From positions 372,001-436,000 of the forward strand of contig MU058687.1 in NCBI GenBank assembly GCA_013265495.1: a stretch of 64,000 nt of DNA, written 5' to 3'. The position numbers and the translations under genes are program-made. The notes under the pieces are model-generated. The model was not told the origin of the DNA, did not search any database, and saw only the letters and a program-made list of their open reading frames with translations. Below are positions 1 through 23,993 of this stretch, piece after piece (the stretch's first letter is position 1; every line of letters begins with the position of its first letter). Origin of the DNA: Vicugna vicugna. Taxonomy: Eukaryota.

Positions 1-375
1 TGTGGTTTATCTGGCAATTCTGGGTCTGTATTCCAGCAGGGTTGATAGTCTCCAGTCTCTGCTGTCTCCTGCTGTCTTACAGCCAGCTGTTTCGACCCAT
101 CTGTTTCTTGACCAGCCCCTGTAGGTACTGGGCTTGTGCCCTTTTTTCTGGACCTCTACGCTTAAGTGTGAGGCACAAAGCAAAAACCCTTAGTCAGCTC
201 TGATTCTTTCACTGAGCTGCTTCACTTTGATTTACTTGAACCATTCTGTTATCTACTTTTCTTTTCCCCATTCTCCAAAAGTAACCATGACTCAAAACCC
301 AAGTTTTGCCTGCCTTGACTCAACCTCAAGTTAGCTACTTGATATTATTCAAAAGCGGAGATTATCTGGTAACTC

Positions 376-481
376 CTAAGACAGCTGCTCCAGTTCTTTC
401 TTGGGGTTTGTAGGCGGTTCTAGAGATTCTTCTAAATCCTGCTGTGGATTCCTGATGCCGAGTTTTGTAGTTTCATTAATG
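376..481 (-). CDS. FAM161B: FAM161B coding exon 9 (last)
   Basis: ttctgcag acceptor; INETTKLGIRNPQQDLEESLEPPTNPKKELEQLS*; TAG at 378-376. Confidence 0.88.
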
Positions 482-3400
482 CTGCAGAATAAATTAGAGC
501 ATTATAAAACTTAAAAATTTTGAGAAAGCATTATGTCAGGCTTAAGGATGGTTTCAACATTATCATTATTTTGTATGGGGTGTAAAGGCAAATTTCTAGG
601 AGGAAAACAGATAGGAATTAGGGGAAGGGCTATTAGGACTTAAAAAGAAAAAGAAATTGAGAATAGTAGAGAGACTGTGCTTTTCTCCTTTTGCCTTATA
701 AGACACCAGTGGTGGGGGTGGTGCTAATGAGTTACTTTTAAAAAGTGCTAGATTTTAACAAGCCATGGTGAACCAAGCTGAAGGGAAAAGAAAGGCTTTG
801 TTCAGGATATTCGAGCTTTTATTGTGGCTCTATAGAGAGTTTTACCTTTACTTACCCAGTAAATAAATAAAGTGTACCATTTTAGAGGAAGTAAAATATA
901 TACACGATTTTTCTTCAAAGGTGAAGTGGAAGTACTTTTGACTGATGGCATTGGACTGGAATTGGAAAAACGATCTGTTTCAAACCGAAGGAATCTAAAC
1001 CTAACATCCAGTGGTTATATTTTACTCACCAACTTTAAATGTGTTACTTAGAGATCTCTTGATCAGTACTCAGTACTATAGGATTGTGATCTCAAAATAT
1101 GAGTGACTGTTCTAAAGCTTCCTCCCAGTGGCATTACTAGAGATGCAGTTTAAGAGCTGCAGGATGACCGCAGTATCTGCAGTTACCTGGGACAATCATG
1201 GACTTTTGACTGCTCCCTCCGTTGTAAAGCCCGGTGACCCTGACCCTTGTTCCTCACAAAGTCTTCGTCCAGCCCAGCCTGCTTCAGGGTGTCTCGATAC
1301 CGCTGTTCTGCTTCCTTCCTGGCAAGGTCCTGAGGAATGGAAGTTAATCTGCCATAGCTGAATTACCAGATAATTCTAAATTGCTTGCTTAACAATACTG
1401 CTTTCCCACCCCACCCCAACCCCCATTAGTGCTGGGCACAGATTTGCATGAAAATTACTTGGAGCCTTATTTTCAAGCTTTAGAGTACAAAGGAACTATC
1501 TGAAGATCGGGTTAAAATTAGATTCTCATTTGGTAGGTTTCAGATGGGGCCTGGAATTCTGTATTTCTAGTACTCCCAGGAGATGCCAACTGTTGATTTG
1601 GAAGCCACACCTTTGAAAGGCAAGTATTTAGATTTCTGGAAGACCAAGTGAGACCCAAATGAAAAAGATGGACTAAAAGCATTTTAAGATTTAGAAGCAA
1701 CCACACCATCATTAGGAACTTTAAAATATAACAAATTGAAAATACAAAAATAACACTGCACTGGTGACATTAACAGGATGGATGGTCTGCATGGTAGACC
1801 AAAAAAGTTTGTTTAAAGTGTTCAAGAGCAAAATCACATAGAGTACTTTGTATTTTTCCTAGAGTAGTGAGATATCTGTTGAGATCTGAGAGTTAGCTTG
1901 CTTTAAAAAAGCTAACATAAAGAGCAAAGGTTAGTATGAGAGAGTGCAAGTTGCTAAGTAAATCCAAGACAGTCCAGCATGTGTGTGAGTGTGTTGGGGA
2001 GGACTGGACCCAGGAAATACCTAAACAATGCCCTGGCTATAAGACAGATAGTGCCCAGCATTTGGAACCAGGTCACTAGGGAATCCTAACTTTTTTCTGA
2101 AACTCTGGACAGGAGAGAGATCTACAGAGCCTGATGCAGCCCAAAGCTGCCTTGGGATGGTGGCCTTTCTAAGGCTGTTCAAGTAGCCCCTAGCTTCTGT
2201 AGGGATGTCAGCTGAGTCCGACTTCCCTAAAAGTCTAGGGAATATCTTAAAGGAATTCTTCCAGCCTGAAAGCCACTTATTCTGGAAAAGGCCTTGTTGG
2301 GTGCTTGGGAGCACCCCAACCCCTGGAGACATACATGTGTGCCACAGCTGTAGAGGCTGGGGATGCCCAGGGCACCAGCACTGCAGAAGAGAGATGACAT
2401 TAGCAAGTTAAAGATACTCTTAACACAGCCAAACTGTCAATTGTGTTTCTGGGATCTAACCTCCACTCTGATTCAAACTGAAAGCTAGGCTATAGTGAAA
2501 ACCCCAGGAAGTAAATTATCCCTTTATAGATGCCTTTGGAATCCAGTCTCGGATGAAATCAATCCAAACAACGTTTGGGGATAGATGGTAGTAATAAAAT
2601 GAGCCAGATTTAGAATCTTTCTGAAACTAAAGGAAATCTCTAATATCCAGATATTAAACTGTTTCAAAATTTCTAAGAGCCCTTTCATCCAAGACAGAAA
2701 GAAAAAGAATGATGGTTTAGATTTACCTTGGTAACTTGTTCGAAGAGATAGGGCCTTACTTGTATTCTCTTCCTCATTTCCTCCAATTCTTTCTTATACT
2801 CTTTTGCTCTTTTACGGTCATTGTTCCTGGAATTAGCAAGATTTTTAGAACAAATTCTGCCTTTTGCCAATCCAGAATGCCCTTCATTCCAGTTAAGCAG
2901 AATAACTCCCACAGACATTGTAAATTCCTAACTGTGCCTGGAAAAATCCTTGGTTCTGTGAGATTACAGGCGCCTGATGTAATAATCCCATTTTGCCATT
3001 TTCAAGGCCAATGACCTGTTGGCTCCCAAGACAGTTATCCCTTTGACACATGGAGGACACTGACCGATTCTCTTTCAGCTTTGCTTTGAACACCTCCTCC
3101 AGACTTTTATGGGGATCCATGGCTTTTGCACGCAAGGTCACGGATTTAGATATTGATTGACACTTCTTTTTGTGTATCTCCAACCAGTGAGTACTCTCAT
3201 TTGCTTTGTCCTTTTTTTCAAGTGAAATTCTAATGGGAAGAGGTCAGGAAAAAAAGAAAAGAATACAGATGAGCAACTTGAGCATACTCAAAAGCAATGT
3301 AAGTTACCTCTCTGGAAAGTCAGTTGGTGTTTTCTTTGAAAGAGTGAGTGATTTACCACACTGGCATTTCAGAAAGAATTAAGATTCTGGGATTATATGC

Positions 3401-6400
3401 ACTGGTAGACGAAGCCTTCCCAGCACTAAAGACAGTGAGTTTCTACCCCAGGAGAAGTTCATTAATTGAACTGAAAAACATGTAACTTAAAATATTCTTA
3501 CATGCATTTGGGTGTTTATATTCAAATGGACCTATTGGGAAGGAGGGCACGAAAGTTTAATCTGCTAATATGTCAACTCCCTATCGCTAGGATGCGGATG
3601 TGGATATCCTCTGTAGGTGGGCCAACTTCTGGTTCATGAACCCTATCTTAGTGGGACCTCTGAATACTGATGCATTTAGCCTTGATTTAGAGCTCTGGCT
3701 ATGAAATTTGAGGAAGAAGGGAGTATCCCTTGGATTCTAAATTCATTTCTAAAATCCCTGTTGTGGGTCTTAAAGAGCCAAGTAGATTCTGTGTACTCCT
3801 CTGTGAGCCCCACAGGAAGGCACTGAGATGCTAGTCATCTCTCAGGGCCAAGCCGCTTGTTACACCATGACCTCTTCTTCTGACTTCAGCTTAGAGGCCT
3901 AGTGGAGGAACTCTTGTTGGAAAGCTGGCTGGATAAGAACACCAGTATGAGAGTTAGGTCAGTTAAAGAGTTAAAAATAAGGAGGCTCCTGCTTCCCAAT
4001 CAACTTCTAATAGTTCCCCAAGGTGAACATCAAGAGAATCTCAAATATGTGCAATGGATGCCTCGCCTTCTTTGTAGCAGGGTCAGCCCTCTGCCGTTGT
4101 GCTGCTCTGAATTCCTGTTCCTAATGGCTTCCTTCGTCTTTCACCTATGGGTCTTCACCCATGTTATTCTGTTTGGAAATTTCTTTCTTTCCAGCCTTTG
4201 GCTGACTCCTTATTCTTCAGGTTTCACCTTAGACATCTATTACAAGAGACTGCTGCCCTAGGCTGCCCAATGCCCCCATGGTTCCCTGTATTCCCCCATC
4301 ATTGTACTACTCACAAGATATGATATTGCTTTTTTTTTTGCTTTTCTGTATTTCAGACTAGATATATTAAACTATAGGTTCCATAAGGTATCATCTCCAG
4401 CCTTAAAACTGTGCCTGACACAAAGAATATTTGCTGAGTGATGGCTAGGTGTCCTCCAGCACTGAGCGTGGAAGGTCATGTGTGTTCCTGATCAGAGAAT
4501 CCCCTTCACCCCTTTGGTCTCTCTGATAACAGGAGAGGAGGTCCAGCAGCGGAGTGCTTTCCAGTATTTGGGTCAAGATCCGAGCATTGTGAGTCTCTTG
4601 CAGCCTGACCACTCACCTGACTGCAGATTCCCTCCTCCTGGTGGCATCTGTGATGTGCACAGGGAGGGTGTTAGCAGAGAGGGAAGCAAGGCCACTCAGA
4701 GAATGACTCCTTGGCAGGGGTGTGGCAGGTGGCTGTGGAGATTCCTAGAAGAAATGAAGGCTGATATTGGTGGGACAGCCTGGGCAATTAGTTTCTATCT
4801 TAACTAGAATTTAATTTCAGTGAAGGACTAGGCAGACAGAATCTTCATTTCTTTCTTGGGATTAAGGCAAAGGCAGTGCGATCTTGAATTTAGTAACAGG
4901 GCCAAGACTTGGATATCAGTCTCTGAGTTTTTGATTAAATGAGAAGAGTTCTTTGGAATTGGTATTGGGACATGGCAACTCCCTACTCCCAGACTTGCTT
5001 GGATTTATTTCTGAAAAATCCCTCTTTAGAGAGGGAAGGAAGGGAAGTATTCTTGTGGTCTTAAATTTTTAGGAACTGTGAATCTGCTTACAGCTGAGCC
5101 AGTGTTTTTTAAAAAAAATTAAGACAGAAAATATCATGAGAAGTGCCCTCCACCCTGTATCTCAGCCTCAGCCCTGACCCTCCCACAGCGGCCTGGCCTC
5201 TCACCCTCCTCCCTTCAGAGGCAGCGGCATCACAGGGCCTCTGAGTGCGACGCGGGCTGGCGGTTCTCAGCAAGAAGGGCTTGTTGCGAGTCACCTCCCG
5301 GGTGTCTCTTCTCTTGGCAGCTCTTTTCTGGAAGGCCTTGTAAAGGCCTTCATAGTCAGGAACAGCAGGATTCACCCGAGGCTGGAATCCAAAGTCAGTA
5401 TGCAGAAAGCCAAGCTTTTCCTCCTGGGTTCGGGAGGCTGTTCGAGGCCGTGGGTCAGTCCGGCTCCTGGAGGAGGCGATGGGGGAGGAGGCTGTCTGGA
5501 GCATGTCCAGGGCTCTCATTTGGATGCGAATTTTCCTCAAGAGCTCAGCTTCTGTGGAGAAGAAGTTGTAGTGATGGTGGGTGAGCGGGGACCAAGCCTC
5601 ATACCAGGAGGTTTAGAGAACTTTTCCTCTTTTAAACACTCACAGTTAGTGTGCTGGCTGGAGCCAATCAATCACTTTTCAGGAATTTTGTGAGCCAGTT
5701 GGCATCATGTTGGAAGCTTGAAATTGGCCAGGATAGGAGTACTTATACCATAGAAAATGGCAAACATTACAAATCAGCTTGCTTTTTTTTTTCTTTCTGG
5801 AGAGCTCCTTAATGAATGACCAGGACACCACTGCTATGTGCCAATCAGGCTGCAGAAGCAGCTACTATTTACACTTACTGAGTGCCCTCCATAGTTCTTT
5901 CTTCAGAGACAAAGCAGGAGAGATGGGCCGGTCACCTGGTCCTTTCCCAGGTCTCTCCATCTCAGGCAGAGGCCCTACCATCCACCCAATTGCCCAAGCC
6001 CACTGCCCACATCATTCTTGGCTCCTCCCTCTCTCATCTCATCAGTCACAGGTTCCTCTTTAACCTCTCTCTGGCCCAGGCTCTTTTCATCCTCTCTGCT
6101 ACTAATTTCATAATTTCTCAGTTGAATTACTGAAATAGATCACCATGCTTCCCATTGTGCCCATCCCCCTTGAATTATCTCCACAGAAATCAGAGTGAGC
6201 TTTCTGAACTGCATATCTGATTATGAGCCACTCTACTTAAAACCCTTCAGTGACTCCGCACTGCCCTTGGGATGAAGTCCAAACTCCCTCCCATGGCCTA
6301 CAAGGCCCCAGGTCTGGCCTGTGCCAGTCTCTCCCTCCCTACGCTCTCCTTATTTCTACCCTCTCCTTTTTGTGCCTTGAATATGCTCAGCTTTCTCTTC

Positions 6401-9400
6401 ATGCTATTACCCCTGCCTGATACACTCTGCCTCCCTCTTCACCGAATTCACCACAGCTCATCCTTCAGGGTCAGCCTTAGTGCTCACTTTCCCTGGGGAC
6501 CTTCCCTAACTGTTCCCACGCCACACCACACTAAGTCAGGTCCCTGTTACATGCTCCATAGGATCCCTAGGCTTCCCCCTTTAATCCCTTTAATCCCTGC
6601 AAGTGACTTATCACATTTGTAATTAGTTGTCTATCACCTGTCTCCCTCCCATGTCTGTTTATTCACCCCTGGTGGGTAGCACATTTTACTGAATGAGTGA
6701 ATAGAGCCTAAGCCCTTTAACTGAGCTATACTTTTTGAAATGAGTACCTTACAGGATGGGGGAGGGGCTTTTCCTGGGGGCAGCTGGCTGGTGGTGGCAC
6801 TGGCCTACGCTGGCCCTCGGATGTCTCATTGGTTCTCTGCTCTGGCACCTGTGCTGCCAGAGGCCTTTCATCCACTCTGAGACAGAGGTCACAGGATGAA
6901 CTGGGGGTGCTGTAGGACCTCTCACTCCTCTCTCCTGACTAGGTGCCCCCACTGTACTGAGACCCCCAACCCTAGCCTGTGGTCTGCACTGAGTGTAGCC
7001 TTTAGCGGGTCCACCTGAACAGCTCATCTCTAAGTCACGCTGACCCAGAGCCTGACTAAATCTCCACAGCACTGCTTGGTACCCCCAGAGAGTAGGCAGT
7101 GGGGCAGCAAGGATGTCTTTACCCTGGAGTTTGTCCCCGAGGGCTGGCTCCAGAATGGACTTGGGGATCCTTCTGGTGGCCTTCTGCCTGGGGACTTTGG
7201 CCTTAGCTGTGGTGGCCAAGTCCCTCTGTTGAGCGACTTTCTTTCGCTGCTCCTCCTTCTCCAGGAAGCTGAAGGGCCTCAAGGAAGAGAGAAGCAGCTC
7301 CTTCCTCTTCTGGATCCCTGCCTGCCTTCGGGCCTCGCTGCGCTCCATGATCTCCTTGTAGAGGGGCAGGTAGACGTGTGCAGGCACAGGCTGTGCCCGG
7401 AACTGCCGGTGGCACTCGGCCTCCTCCTGGCCCTGCTTCTGGGCTTGCTGCCTCTCATGCTCAAAGGAGGCAGGAGAGGCCAGCCACTGGGCCTTCTTCC
7501 TGGCCTCACGCAGCGTCATACGGAACGGTTGAGGGACGGTGATGGATGAGGCCCAGGAACTGATGCTTCTGTGCTGGGAGGGAGGCCTGGAGCCCAAGGG
7601 TGGCTGAGCCTGAACCTTGGGAACGTCGGAGGGCAGGTTGCTCAAGGAGCTGCAGCGCCTCATGGAGCCACACCTGGGGGGAGAAGGCAGCTCTGTGCAT
7701 GGAGGACAGGGCAGCCAGGCCCGGCTCTTCCCAGATCCTTCTCCCTGCTCCTCCCTTCCAGTAGATCGCAGTTACTTTCTCATCACAGACCCACAGGTCT
7801 CTAGGCCTGCATCTTTTTCAACTGGGCCTCCCTCTCTCCCACAGGCCATCCTAGCCGCCCTAGTAGGAAGTCTCTTCTCAGAATTGATCCAAGAATTCCC
7901 ACATACGCTCTAATATTTTCAACTGGTAGAGAGAAGAGAGCAATAATGCAGAGGAGGGCTTTAGAGTCAGGCCCAGGTTCAAATCTCGCTTCAAACAATT
8001 ACCAGCTGTGTGACCTTGAGCAAGGTTCTTTTGGAACCTCAATTTCCTCAACTGTAGAATGGCAAAAATAATATTAAATGAGATAAAGTATACACGCATA
8101 TAGCAGGGCTTGGCCAAGGAAAATGGACCTGGTTACCATTCTCAGGGAGAGACTTGGGAAGGGCATCTCTTATATTGATTCCAAAGCTTCAGGTGACTAA
8201 GGATTACCCAAAGTGATTTAGGACTGCTGGGCAGGCATCAGAACACATGTTTGGCTGATTCTGAGCTGGAGCCTGGGTAGGTGGCAACTTGTAGAAGTGG
8301 TCTTTGTTTTACTGAGGAAGAAGATGAGGCCCAGAGTCACAATGTGACTTGGCCAGAGTAGTACACAGTGAGGCAGCTGAACTGCAGCGCCTTACCTCGG
8401 AGACGGAGGGCACTGCACCTGCGGCTTCCCCCTGCCTTTGTCTTGGAAGAAACTCTCCAGGTCCTCATCATCTTCAGACAGGCTCTCACCACTGCCTGGG
8501 TCAGATGGACAAAGGGATTCCAAAAGGCACCACCTGCCCTTTTGCCTTAGAGCCTGCAGGGTCTCGTAAAAGCTCCCACTTGAGTCAGAAGTAGAATCTG
8601 TTTCCTCCTCTGAGCTGAGGAACTCACTGAGCTTGCCAGCCCTGGGCAAAACCAGCCCATCCCCAGACAGCTCCTCTTCTGCCTCTGTGTCTGAGGAGGA
8701 TTTGGGGGGAAATATCTAAAATGAAATAGAATAGACTGTGAGTCAAACAATAATTTCAAAACATAACCATTAATTTCACTTTAAATAGGGCTCTGTATAT
8801 TAGGGAGTGGGGAGAAACAAAGAAAAATGTGTTCCCTGCTTTAAAGAAATTTCACATATTGGGATGTGCCTGGTGGAAGGGCAGGAAAGGGAAGCAGAGA
8901 GCTAAAGCTGGTTCATGCAGTGTGGTGAGCATTTACAGAGTACCTTATTTCACCATGCACCCCTGCACTCCAGGAATCCTACTTGTGACCTTGGCCAGGT
9001 CCTACTTGGGTTTTACCTACTTGTTGCCAATCTTCCTTTTCCCCCTTTCACTGTCTACACCTCTGCTTTCCTCATATTCTGGCTAATTTCCACTGTTACT
9101 ATGAATGAGTAATTAATAGGAGAGACAATGTGGTATAGCTGAAAGAGTCCTAGAAAGTGGGAAACCCAACAGGGTTTAAATGCTCCATTCATTCAGAAAA
9201 TATTGGGTGCCTAATGTGAATTAGGGCATTAGGCTGAGAACAAGACAAAGAAAGTTCTTACTCTCATGAAGCTTACATCCTAGTGAAGGGAGACAGACAA
9301 TAAAATGATAATAAATTCAATGGAAGCCATAAAACTGTGAGATTATGGAGTGATGGAGTGGCTATGAGAAGCCTTTCTGTTGATAGAAGCACATCACATA

Positions 9401-10907
9401 AAGACCACTAGGAATGTATCTGTAATGTATACATTATACAGTATACCACAGGAAATTATATATAGGGAATATATATAGGGAATTTGGTGGGGAATGGGGG
9501 CTTTTTTCTAGGGTTGGAGGTTTTTTCCCAGGGTTGGCTTGTCCTGAATGATTCTAAGGAGCGTTAGGGGAAGCAGGGATCAACTCTGAATGGACACTGT
9601 CGTGAAGAGGGCACAATTTAGTAAGTGGGTGACTGAGCAATTTTTATTCAAAAGGTGACAAGAACAAAGTAGGTCTGGGTAAATAATTGATAGGTAAGTA
9701 CAATTATTTAAAAGCAAGGGATATTATATTGCAGATACATTGTGGCCCTGTGAGAAACACTTTTCTGCTGATCTTGCTGCTGGCCTCATCTGGGTCTATT
9801 ACAGTCTGAGTTGTACTTCTGCAGTCCTGGTATGATTTTTACTTTCTCACTGTGGAGGAGTTTTAGACTGACGTCTGATGAAAAAGCCAACCTTACTAAG
9901 AGCTGGGCTAAGAGGATTTTGGGTTCAAAGAAAAGCAAATGTGAAGGCCTTGAGGCAGGGACCTGAGGCCGGAACAAATCTGACTCATGGAGAAACAGAA
10001 AGAGGGCCAGTGTGGTTGGAGGACAGTAGCGAGAGATATTCTTAGAGAGGCAGGCTGAGGCCAGATGGGACTTCACAGGATGACTGGTTGCAGCTGGAAA
10101 CCAGTTGGGGGCAGGCCACTGCAGGCCTCCAAGTGACCTATGATGATGGTTTAACTGGGTTCTTTAAGGTCCAGCTCTAATACTGAAAAGAGCACTGGAT
10201 TCTGAGTCAAAGGTATGTATGTTCTCTAGCCCTTACTCTGCTACTGAAGAGTGTGATTTTAGGGGAAAAAAATTTAAACGACTTTATTGATATGATTCAC
10301 ACACACCATATAATTCACTTAAAGCGTACAATTCATTGTGTTCCAGTATATTCAAAGTTGTGCAAGCATCACTACAATCAATGTTGAATAATTTTAATCA
10401 CCCCCAAATGAGACCCACTTTCAGTTAGCAGTCACTCCCTATTTTCCCCAACCCTCCTAACGCTTACTCCCTTCGCCCCCAGCCCTAAACAACCACCAAT
10501 CTACTTTCTGTCTCTATGGATTTGAGGGCAAATTTCTTAATCTCTCTGTGCCTCAGTTTTCTCTTCTACAAAATGGAGACAACAATCGTGCTGTTAGTCC
10601 TGGGGTGGCTGAGAGCACAAGTGAACACTGAGGGCCATCGCTATGGTTCTATGAAGAGCCTGACGTAAGGCCCTAGCGGTTCAGGTGCCAGAGTTGAGTC
10701 CACCTCTGCGCCCATAAAGGCTGTTAGTTTCAATCCCACACCCCTGTGACACGCCCGCCCGTCTGTCTCCAAGGCAACGTCAAACAGTTTCCTTTCGTAG
10801 GGATTCCTTTCCGGGCGCAGACCTGATTGCTCCCCTTCTTTTTCTCTCCTCACCTGACGGCTCCACTGAGCGCCGTCGGAGGCTCCCGCAGGCCTCCCCA
10901 CGGTCAT
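376..10907 (-). CDS. FAM161B: FAM161B gene, complete CDS: join(10854-10907,8396-8715,7123-7673,5205-5551,4617-4744,3065-3229,2727-2826,1187-1329,376-481) = 1914 nt, 637 aa
   Basis: All introns GT-AG and phases concatenate without stops; peptides MTVGRPAG, SITVPQPFRMTLREARKKA, FRAQPVPAHVYLPLY and RPYLFEQV match the FAM161 family; synteny with COQ6. Confidence 0.96.
1187..1329 (-). CDS. FAM161B: FAM161B coding exon 8
   Basis: cctcag/gtaact; DLARKEAEQRYRDTLKQAGLDEDFVRNKGQG. Confidence 0.93.
1440..1625. mobile_element. MER5A-like hAT-Charlie relic
   Basis: ggggcctggaattctgtatttcta...cccaggagatgcc...cacacctttga pattern; boundaries approximate. Confidence 0.55.
2727..2826 (-). CDS. FAM161B: FAM161B coding exon 7
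   Basis: ttccag/gtaaat; NNDRKRAKEYKKELEEMRKRIQVRPYLFEQVTK. Confidence 0.94.
3065..3229 (-). CDS. FAM161B: FAM161B coding exon 6
   Basis: cattag/gtcagt; WLEIHKKKCQSISKSVTLRAKAMDPHKSLEEVFKAKLKEN. Confidence 0.93.
4617..4744 (-). CDS. FAM161B: FAM161B coding exon 5
   Basis: ttctag/gtgagt; ESPQPPATPLPRSHSLSGLASLSANTLPVHITDATRRRESAV. Confidence 0.93.
5205..5551 (-). CDS. FAM161B: FAM161B coding exon 4
   Basis: ccacag/gtgaga; AELLRKIRIQMRALDML...FQPRVNPAVPDYEGLYKAF. Confidence 0.94.
5641..5833. mobile_element. MER63-like hAT relic
   Basis: Termini cagttagtgtgctgg...ccaggacaccactg and internal ttttcaggaattttgtgagccagtt. Confidence 0.5.
5880..6705 (+). mobile_element. L2 LINE fragment
   Basis: Diverged L2 3' region (aaaacccttcagtgactcc...atggcctacaaggccc) ending gaatgagtgaat. 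Confidence 0.65.
7123..7673 (-). CDS. FAM161B: FAM161B coding exon 3
   Basis: ccccag/gtaaag; core of ORF 6749..7663. Confidence 0.95.
8396..8715 (-). CDS. FAM161B: FAM161B coding exon 2
   Basis: ttttag/gtaagg; IFPPKSSSDTEAEEELSGDGLVLPRAGKL...SEDDEDLESFFQDK. Confidence 0.93.
9185..10150 (-). mobile_element. L2 fragment interrupted by a solo LTR
   Basis: Starts cattcattca; L2-like text resumes after 9853. Confidence 0.55.
9381..9849 (-). mobile_element. Old solo LTR (ERV1-like) nested in L2
   Basis: TG...CA termini (tgatagaa...ttctca); 4-bp TSD CTGT at 9377-9380 and 9850-9853; AATAAA on the minus strand near 9642. Confidence 0.55.
10271..10525 (-). mobile_element. Old L1M 3' end fragment
   Basis: ctttattga...accatataattcac...ctactttctgtctctatggattt signature. 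Confidence 0.7.
10854..10907 (-). CDS. FAM161B: FAM161B coding exon 1
   Basis: aagATGa start; MTVGRPAGASDGAQWSRQ followed by gtgagg donor. Confidence 0.9.
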
Positions 10908-11239
10908 CTTCTCAGCCAGGCAGAGACAGAATTGGCGGAGACCGCAGCAGTGACAGCCGCGGTTGCGGCGCTGGCTACGCGAGTCAGGTTCCACCCCTTT
11001 CTAGTTTGGGCCTCTGATTGGCTCCCAGGGGGATACATGAACCAGTCTCCTTCCCAGACAGCCTCTAATCCAGCCCGCCCAAGCAGGCAAGGATCGTTTT
11101 CTGATTGGCCTACTCGCTTGCATGTTCTACTTCCGGTTTTGAGGCGGTGGCTCAAGCGGTCGGGACTGGAGGGTTCTGCTCCGGAAGAGCGACCGGAGGC
11201 GGGCCTAACCAGGCCCGAACTATAGCTCAGGTCAACTCC

Positions 11240-23741
<12,502 letters not shown>

Positions 23742-23821
23742 ATGCTCCTCTTCTGCAGATTATGTTGATGAAAAGTCAACATATTTCCCCAAGACCGTCA
23801 CATATTTTCAAGATTTAATTT

Positions 23822-23827
23822 AATAAA
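23822..23827 (+). terminator. COQ6 polyadenylation signal
   Basis: AATAAA 80 nt after the stop codon, followed by a T-rich downstream tract. Confidence 0.7.
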
Positions 23828-23987
23828 TTTACTTTACACTAGAATTCTGCAGTCTCTTTTTCTTCTCTGCTTAGTGGACCTGTGGAGCCCAAATGATGAG
23901 TGATAGATAATTTGCTGTAAAGAGGGCATATCAACTAAGCCAAGAAAAAACTCCAAATGAAGACTATGATTTGACTGAAAAGAGCTT

Positions 23988-23993
23988 TTTATT
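23988..23993 (-). terminator. Candidate distal polyadenylation signal of the ENTPD5 long 3' UTR
   Basis: AATAAA on the minus strand with a U-rich tract downstream; other candidates lie near 24302 and 25375. Confidence 0.45.

Noticed and set aside
6749..7122. C-terminal part of the 304-aa ORF
   Set aside because: Read-through into the intron past the gtaaag donor at 7122; similarity to FAM161B stops there
10908..10994. In-frame upstream extension of FAM161B
   Set aside because: No ATG (GTG only) and closed by an in-frame TAG just upstream
11105..11239. Open frame upstream of the COQ6 ATG
   Set aside because: Starts at TTG inside the CCAAT box, has no ATG, and would mask the mitochondrial presequence
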